Origin: the human T2T-CHM13v2.0 reference genome, Homo sapiens
Strand: one strand, 5' to 3'
Length of the DNA: 64,000 nt
NCBI RefSeq assembly: GCF_009914755.1
Contig: NC_060928.1
Shown: piece after piece, positions 53,097 through 64,000 of the stretch
Layout of the letters: each line of letters begins with the position of its first letter
How positions within the stretch are numbered: position 1 is the stretch's first letter
The notes under the pieces: generated by a model
Seen by the model: the letters and a program-made list of their open reading frames with translations, nothing else
Database searches by the model: none
Told to the model about the DNA's origin: nothing
Made by a program: the position numbers and the translations under genes

Positions 53097-54970
53097 TTCC
53101 TGCTATTTCAAGCTGGTGAATGGAACAAGGTAGACCTCATCTATTTCCCAAGAATGATATTAATTTGCAGCATGATATCTGAAAAATCATTTCTCTACTC
53201 TCCATCATTAGAAGATATAGCTCCTTTGGAAGGCCAATGAAATATGTAGGATGCCTGGTTCCTTTGTAGATATTCTGACACAAGTCTTTGGACTTTTCTA
53301 GACTGGTGGCATTCATGTAGGTGGGTGTTCAAAGATGCACAAAGGACAATGTTAATATTCTTTTGAGGCAGCTCTTAAGAACTGAAACACTCCCTATAGA
53401 CCAGTCAGCTTAGATGTCTTCTAGAGCAATTAATAAACTCCATAACCCAAATAAAGTCCAGGGTTCATGAAGCCCAGTGTCTAGATGCTGCTTTCAAAGG
53501 AACACAATCATCTGTAGTGGCTTCTAAATAATATGGGCTTAGGGACTTATATTATTGGAGGGCTACTAAAGAGCCTATAATAGCTGCATTTTTTTGTTGT
53601 TGCATTTTACATAAGACTGAGAAAACACTGATTATTATTCTCAAAGAATTGACTTTTTTGATGCCACCACTGAAGTTTAGAAGTCAAAACTAGTCATGTG
53701 TAGTTCTAATCCTTACTTGCCTCCTTTGACCAGTGTCAATGGGAATTCTATAAACAATCCACAGCAATATATGTTTTGAAATTTCCTTTCCCCTTCCTCT
53801 TGCACTCAATTTCTCTCCCCATGACTCCCTGAGATCTATCTTGTCACCAACCATAAATGTTTTCCCTGAAGTCTACTGATTTACTATCCCCTTTCTGTCT
53901 CTCCTAATTTTTTTTCCATACATAGTAAATCTGGCCTTTTATTTGTGACTTTTCCCCAACTGTATCTTCTTCTCAGATTTTTGCCTTCCCAATTAACCTG
54001 GTCTACATCAATGTTTCCCAACCTTCTTTTCATTATTGCCTTTCCTAAGAAGACTTTGTAACTCCCTCCCACGGATATACCATATATTTGCTTATGTGCT
54101 ATATGTATATCTGTGTTTTAGACATAAAAATAGTATAATTTTTTCACCCCTCAAGAACCAGTCCTCCTTCTTGGGAGCAGTATCACCCCAGCTGAGAATG
54201 CATGGTCTCCAACACAGGCAGGATAAGAAGAGAGGAGCAGGAACTGACAGGTGAGCAACGCCAGCAAACTGCAAGTATTTTTCATGAGAATTCTAGTTCT
54301 ATTCCGTTTCTATATATATATTTGGGCATTTGGGTGTACCACTGTAGCCAGTGTTAGTCTTAAGCAAAATGGCATAATATAGCTCTCCTTCTTACCTTCT
54401 GTCTTCTCCTCTTGTTACCTCTGGATAATTAGTACCCCTCAACACTTTATTTAAAACTCATTCTTACTCCTGCACCCAGTAAACTCCTAAACATTCAGTA
54501 TCTCACCCCCATTTGTGAAATAAAAACAGCTAATCTGGCATAATTCTTATATGTGAAGAACTAATCCTACAAAACTGATGTATTTCTCCTCTGGGAATTA
54601 TTTGCATTTTAAAGAACATCTCCTTAAAAAAGAAAAAAGAAAAATACTCCCCTATGAGAATTAAGTCTTACTAGTAGTTCAGGCATCATATAAAGCAGGC
54701 AGGAAGATGACCCAGAATAAAGGCATTCCCTAATGCCCCAAAAATCATAAGAAGAGGTTATTCAAGCACCCCTACTCTGCCTCTTCATAATCCCTAGCCC
54801 ACCACTCGTACCCAATATCTCTGCCCACTAACATTAACTATTCTTGGAGACTGGAAACTCAGAGGACAAAGAGCATCTTTAATATCTTTGTATTCACTAT
54901 ATAGCATCTAGTAAATACCTTGTATATTGTTCTTAACTATGTTCTTTAATTTAATGTTCTTATTTCATTT

Positions 54971-55510
54971 TGGGAGGCTCAGAAAACAATATCCTAAAAT
55001 ACACTGTTTTGGACTTCAAACTAACAGCACCTGGGAGTAGCAAATGCTGGGAGGGCTTTCTCTTATCTTCCCTTATCTGACTATGAGAAGTTCCTTTACA
55101 AGGAACACAATCATCAGCCAGGGGAGGTTAGCTCACAGGAAAAGAGACTAAAGGTCTAACACGTTGCTCAGAGAGACTTTTACCACAGGCTACAATCTAT
55201 CCTTCAGAGGGCTGCTACCTGAGAGACTTCATCTACATAATAAGACAAACCTTTGGTTTTAGTGCATTTCTTCCCCTCACTCTCTCATAGCTTGTCACCC
55301 TCACCCTCCAGGAGCCCCAGCCCCTATTCCTCTCTGTATGATATAAAAACTTCAGTCATCTTATTCTTCTTTGAGTCATATTTTATGAGGCTCCCATGCA
55401 TATGCACATAGTAAACCTGTATGCCTTTTCCCCTAATAATCTGTCTACTGTCAGTTTACTCCAGAGACTCAAAGTAGTGAACCTTCATAGAGAAGCAGGA
55501 AAATCTTAAC
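54971..55510 (+). mobile_element. MER34-group ERV1 LTR
   Basis: gctcagaaaacaatatcctaaaata...gagggctgctacctgagagacttcatc...gtatgccttttcccctaataatctgtctactgtcagttt. Confidence 0.6.
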
Positions 55511-55527
55511 TAATAATTTCTTTTGCA

Positions 55528-55846
<319 letters not shown>

Positions 55847-57292
55847 TAACTTGTTCTACTTAGAAGTATAACAAGATTACTCCCGAAAGGAAGAATATAA
55901 TCATGTATTATAAGAAAAATGCATTTTATGAAAGCACTTTAAACAAATGATTTGTACAGAGAGTTAAAAATGAAATTATTTATTTAAAAAATGATAATAA
56001 TAGAGCTGTTGGCAAAATAAACAGGGTCTAAATAATACCAGAAAGAGTAAAATCAATGATTATCCATTGAATACCTAAAAACTGTGGGAGACTAACAGAG
56101 TGAAGTTGCTCAAGAAGTTAACATCTCGGGGAACCAAAACAAAGGCATGTACACTTCTTCATCACAGTGAGTCAAGTGATATCTTGAGACAACATGAGAG
56201 GTAACACAGAGTAGTGTACGGCTAACTGGCCAGTGCCGGGCCAACTGTTCAAGGAAAGCAGATATTGCTGAGAGTGAAGATGACCAGGGAGAGCTCTCTA
56301 GGATGAGATCTGAGACTTGATACCACTTGCTCTTCACAGTCACCTGTGTGAAAAAGCACTAGCACAAGCCGGTCTAAGCCAGGATAAGGCCCTGCTGGGA
56401 AGAGTGAGTTAGGGGTTACTGAGTATGTTGAGTTTATCATGAATGCAACTCTTGACTGGACCTGGGACATTAAAGGGCAATGAAGCACTTGAAAATTCTG
56501 ATGACTTCTGTTGTTTATACATTGGAGAAGAATTATATACTGCATAGTCTGTGGATGCCACTCTGGCATTCCCTTAGGATCCACAAAATTCCCTCCCTTT
56601 TTAAATATAGTAGTAGTGAATTTAGGATTTGGGCTTAGACACATGTGAAAATATGACACAAATCCTTCCTGATGGATACTTCAAAACACCCAGTTATAAT
56701 TATGTAAACACTGAAAAAATGTCTCAAAGGAAGTAAGAGGTTTACATATTAAAATGAACACTAGCATTACCAATGGTACGCAAATATAATTTAAGTCTAT
56801 TATAAGAAGGTTCAAGATTTATTCCAATTTTTCCTGCCAAATTTTGCTGTCACTTTGTGCTAGGGTATTTAAAGAAAAGAAACATCTTAAAGAAAGATGT
56901 ATGTTTTATATTATCCAGGAAGATAATTTTCTATTAATAATTGTCCCCTGGTGACATCCGGAGGCTTGACAAGAGTAATAGGGAGAATGGGGCTAGTGAG
57001 TAAGAATTATTTGATTTTTCGATTTATCCTCCTTTGATCAAGTTTTCGGGGAACTTCTGAAGTTGATAACTACAGCAGCCCACCAAAGAGGAAATGATTT
57101 AGAAAAATAAGAGCTCCAGTGCTAGGGAGGATGTCTTGCAGTTAAATATAGTATACGTGTGTTTCTGAAATGATTCTGAAAGATTCTTATAAGTATTAAT
57201 ACCTAGACAAACTAGGTATGAGCTGGAAAGCCAATAGTGTTGGCTAGTCAATGAGTCAACTAAGAAATTAACTGGCCTTGGGGTAAATATAG

Positions 57293-57610
<318 letters not shown>

Positions 57611-60600
57611 AAGCCTTTCCATTCTTTTCTTTTTTAATTTATTTACTTCAGAGACTGGAGTAAAATTACAAATACAAAAGAAAGATAACTTCCTTGAAAG
57701 TTTAAGCAAACATTTTTCTGTGCATGCCTAATGTGAAAGAAGAGTTGAAGGGTCAACAGGTCTCATATTCACAAAACAGATTCCCTAGAAGGACATCAGA
57801 ACAATGTTCTTCTAATTAAACAGGAAGACACGCTACAACGGTGCCCTTTAATTTCAAGTCTAGGAAGTTGAGTTGACCATAAACTCAATATGAACCAAAG
57901 GTGAGAAATGATATTACAAGCCTAGAAATTATCATAGGCCATTAAAGATATACTCTGATTAGATTGTACCTGCACCTCAATAGGCTGGAAAGTTAAGAGT
58001 GAGGAAGAATGAAGGCAGTGAGGCTGCTTTCCTTGTAAAAGAGAAGACCAGAGGAACAGTGGCAGTGACTTAAAAAATCTGAAGAGCTGATATGCATTAG
58101 GACTGGACATTGTCTACTTATGTAGAGGGCAGCCCTTGTAAGTGGAAATTTTATATTACATGCCTCATTAAGTGTTGTGGACCACGGTTGAAAACTATTA
58201 ACTTGGGTGAAGTTTCTGGAATTCACAGAAATGGAAATAATTTAATACAGGATTATGAGAAAGTTGAAGTCTTGTGAGAAGTTGACTGAGAAGAGTTATT
58301 CTGCCAATTTTTAGCTCTGCGGTGTTTTTAATCAGAAAGAAAGCACTGAATAACAGTATGATATGCTTACCACTGGTCTATTTCAAAAGGTACATTATTC
58401 TATCATTCCTTTGAAATCTAAAAATACCCTGCTTCTTGTATGAATAAAATATTTTATTTAGACATAATAGTGAAGGAACCTGTAGGCTTTACTTTTATTA
58501 AAAAAAAAAAAAAACACTGCTTTTGCCAGTTACAAAAATCTGGAAAATCATAAGCAACACTGTTGGTTGAACTAATCATAAGACTTGGTGCTTCTATTTT
58601 TCCCCTTCCCTGCATATTGCTTCAACTTCTTGCTCTTTCCTTTGCTAAATATAACTAGCTTCCTGCTATTTTCGCAGCTGACTGAAGAATTTCATTAGGA
58701 AGGTGGAAAGCTAACAACACCACTCTGATGAATAAAATGGTCAGCTGATATTTCTTCTTGCTCCAGTGGAAAAAATTACAGCTAGAGGTGCTGGGTGACA
58801 AAATTGAGTTCATTAAAATAACCAATTAGTGTAATAAGCAAAAGGCAAAGTGTTCTCACTGTTTTCCTGAGGCAGGCAGTTACTAAAATCTTCAGTTAAA
58901 AGTATAAGAAGGGATGATTTCTCTTCTTGATTTCAAGCCCATAGTCTTTTAAAATATTACAGATTAGTCTTCCCTGACCCTATGCAGTTCAATATGTCTC
59001 TCCTTTACTGATCAATCCTGCACATTTTTAGTGACTTCTCATTGCCTACAAATCCATATCCCCACACCAGGCTTCAAGGTCCAGATGTAGCTTTCTATCC
59101 TTTCCTGCCTTTCTCCCCTACATAAACCCTTCACCCCAACCAAAATAGTCTTTACACCTTTACCCAAGCACACCTTTACATCCTGTCATCTTTGTCTGGA
59201 CTGCCAGTCTCACCTCTCCCACCTATCCCAATGTATCAAAGTCCAGCTCCCATCTTTCCAACTCTGCCACTGCCAGGTAGTCTCAAATCATCCCCTAGCT
59301 AGAACTAATTTGTCCCTGTATCCCTTACATAGTATCATATCTAGTGTTTTCAGCTCCTTTTCATTGACATGGATCATTGATCCAAGAAGCTAAAGTTCCT
59401 AATTGCCGCCCATTGTCAGTGGTTGATTGCCTTCAGCATTAAGAATGAGACTATCCCTCATGACTTAACAATTGCTAGTGATAAGATCTTGCATGTGAAT
59501 TAAATGTCCTTACAGAAATATTGAACTCACATAAAATTTTTCCCCATCTTACCTAAAGCTATAGATTATTTTTATTATATTTTACTTTTTGTCTAAAAAG
59601 TAATATACTTTTTATAAAAATTATAGAATTATATACAATTCATAGTAATAGAATTTCATTTCCTACCTGTCCACAAAAGCTGAGAGTTCATAGACTGTGA
59701 CCTCCCTATATGAGTACATAAACATTTACTTAATACTTTGTGAAAATTGTAGAGTAGGTCATCATACAAATATAAAATCATTTATTTAGTCCGTTTTCTG
59801 CTAAAGGAAATTGAGGAGTTACTTTTTCCTATTTTTAAAATTATAAATAGTATTATAATAAACATTTTGTTTATATATTCTTGGACATTTATAAAAATAT
59901 GTCTATGGAGTAAATTTCTTAGAAGTGGAATTTCTTGCTCATATAGATTTCTGCATTTTTGATATTGGGAGATTGCCAAATAAATATTTTTAAGAAATTT
60001 CAACTCTTTCTCCAACCAATAACCTTTACATTGTTTTTCTGCTTACAATAATAGTTGAATTAAAAATATTAATGCATCACATATTAAAAAGAAATACAAT
60101 ACTTTGGTTCTTATATTCCATAACAATAATTCTAAACCCATGTAGAAGTGTCAGGAAACTTCTTGGTAAAAATCTTGAATGAATTCAAAATTGTATTTGA
60201 AGATTTGTGAAAATTTGAGAATTCCTTAGGGACTAGTCAAATATGAATAGGGCCCTGATTCTTGTTAGGACAAGGAAGAACGGAGTGTAAGCCATTCTAT
60301 TGCCAAAGGGAGATGAAAGTCAATGAGCTAAATATAATATGACCATTCTGCAACTCTAATGAATTAATAGATCTAGACAACTGTCATCAATGCCTCTTAA
60401 ACTCACAAAAGAGAGACAGCCAGACATCATGTACCTCTTGATGAATCTATACAAAACCACCTACGAAATAGTCATGCACAAAACGTCTTATCTAAATTTG
60501 ACCTTTTGACAGTATTACTAAGACGCAATCAGAAAAATCTGACAAATGACCCATTTCTTCAACAAACTGCAAAACCAGAAAGAAGAGAGAGAGAACCTAT

Positions 60601-60636
60601 AGATTAAAAGAGATTTACAGAGGAATTATCTTAGCC

Positions 60637-61063
60637 CAGTTAACCCTTGAACAACATGGGGATTAAGTGTGGCAACTCCCAGTTCAGCCAAATACCCATG
60701 CATACCTTTTAACTGCCCCAAAATGTAACTACTAATAGCCTATTATTGACTGGAAACCTTGTCAATTGATTAACACATATTTTGTATGTTATATGTATTA
60801 TATACTGTACTCTTACAATAAAGTAAGCTAGAGAAAATAAAATGTTATTAAGAAAATCATAAGGAAGGTAAAATATATTTCTTGTTCATTAACTTGAAGT
60901 GGATCATCATTAAAAAAGTGGATCATCATCTTCATGTTGAGTAGGTTGAGGAGAAGGAAAAGGAAGGGTTGGCCTTGCTGTCTCCAGAGTGGTAGAGGAA
61001 GAAGGAAATCCATGTGTAAGTGGACCCACACAGTTCAAGTTGTGTTGTTCAAGGATCAAACTG
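60637..61063. mobile_element. Tigger2a-like (TcMar-Tigger) non-autonomous DNA transposon nested in an old L1M 3' remnant (~60180-61430)
   Basis: Terminal inverted repeats cagttaacccttgaacaaca ... tgttgttcaaggatcaaactg; internal tatactgtactcttacaataaagtaagctagagaaaa. Confidence 0.8.
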
Positions 61064-62809
61064 TCTTTGGATCTTGATTCAAACAAACAGTAAAAATAAA
61101 ATATAAGATAATTAAGGAAATTTAACATTGATTGGTTAATTCAGGAAATTATTATTTTCAGGTGTGATAATGGCATTGTATTTATTTAAAAAGCCCTTAC
61201 CTTTTAGAAATACATAATGAACTATTAATAAATGAAATGCTACAATGTTTAGGATATGCTTCAAAATAACCTGGGTGGGAGTTCAGGTAGGTCCAGAAAT
61301 GAAAGCAACAAGATTGTACTAAAGCTGATCATTGTTGAAGCTGCTTGCAAGGTATATGGAAGTCCATTGTTCTATGCTCTATATTTTCTATATGTTTGAA
61401 ATTTTCCATAATCAAACATTTAAAAACAGAAAAAGTTTGCATTAAGATATCATAGAATATTTCTTACTAACTGCTAAGATCCACTTAAAGAGGATGGTTT
61501 TAGAAAATTTGAATGCTCCTACACAATGGCCACAAGTTCACTAAATTACTGGAGGCTCACTTCCAAGCCCTCTGCCTGTGATTTTAGGCAAGAGTAAGAA
61601 CAAGAGCCAGATGGTATGGAAAACATACTTACAAGTGGGTTCATAAGCCAAACAAAAGCTGTAATTTAGTGGAAGGAACTGACAGTTCTCTTTAGCTTTC
61701 AAAATGTTTTTGAACTCAGAAAGGGGCATGTATAGTGCTCCAACACAAACGTGTAATCTTTGGCCCAGACAAATGGATGCTCTTGTGGACAATGTAGAAT
61801 TTGTCATTTCCTTCACATGGAATTTGCTTTGGTTACACCATCTTACCACATCCTTCCTTAGAGGGTCCTCTTTTCGTCTTCCACTTTGTGCATCTTCTAC
61901 CCCCCTCCAGCTTGTACCAGAGGAAAGAAAACATATTATTTTTCTTGCCCAGCTATTCAAACATATCGCTACAAGAAACTGCGCTTTAAATACACAATAC
62001 ATTGGGTTACTTCTGGCCAGTCTTATTTATTAATTAACTCTTTACTGCAGCCAAAGCCAAGACTGATTCGTTTATCAGAAGCCTTAAAGTTGTGTCTCTC
62101 TACAGGGTTAGCAGAGCATTCACTGTTTCTTCTTGTTTGTTTTTTAATTGAAAACACAACATGAGTGACCTTCAAATGCACCTTTAATTTCCATTTAATC
62201 ATCATATTACTCCTTCAACTTCTCTATTTTATTAAATATGTATAAAGTTCATTTAGAAGTCTTAAGGTTAGAGCCTGGAATGTGTTATAAATATGTATTC
62301 CAAAGGACAAGACCATGGAATGTAAACAGAAATGGTAAATTCTGGTGTAACAACAGAATTTTTATTTAGTTTTTTACTTTTTCGTGCATTGGGTGGGGCA
62401 AAAACATTATTTCAATCTTGATGCCAAACATTTTAAAAATGATAATTAATCTAGCTACCTCTTTACTCTGTAAACTACTGCCTGCCTGCCCTTCTAAATC
62501 CATTGTTGTATTCCACTGGTCTAAAATCTATTACCTGGAAATGTTATAACACATATTAACATATAAAAAGCACTCTAAAAATCTGCAGTAAACTGTTTAG
62601 TACAACATTTCCCAAACTTACCTATCCTTTTATTTGCAGTATTTATTAACATCCTAAGAGCACATTTTGGACTTGGGAACCTCCTCTCAATCATATTAGA
62701 AATACTTTGGGTCAAGGGAAAAACTAAGTAAAAAAGGATAGAATGGATGAGTAAACTGTATTTTTGAACACTTTCAAGGAGCTTTTATTTGAAAAAATTA
62801 ATGCGTGGG

Positions 62810-64000
<1,191 letters not shown>

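Overview
Primate, almost certainly human, genomic DNA (it carries an AluYb8 with its diagnostic 7-nt duplication). It contains the complete MEPE gene (matrix extracellular phosphoglycoprotein, a SIBLING/SCPP family member) on the + strand. MEPE has a short non-coding first exon (~19400-19449), coding exons at 21150-21203, 25067-25120 and 31412-32881 (525 aa; signal peptide, RGD, SGDG and ASARM motifs), an in-frame 93-nt cassette exon (26120-26212; 556-aa isoform) and a poly(A) signal at 33203. The rest is intergenic or intronic and rich in transposon relics: a near-full-length dead L1PB, other L1 pieces, about 10 Alus, LTR12C, MER61, MER4, MER34, MLT, MST and LTR16 LTRs, MER58, MADE1 and Tigger2. 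Repeat subfamilies were called from remembered consensus motifs, not from a search. I found no convincing new protein-coding system; the other ORF-track entries fall in repeats or look like chance frames. The most unusual structures visible in the sequence are (i) a ~98%-identical 228-bp inverted copy inserted into a MER58 element with a 9-bp target duplication and junction microhomology, and (ii) an old ~175-190-bp inverted repeat pair inside the intron between coding exons 1 and 2 of MEPE.
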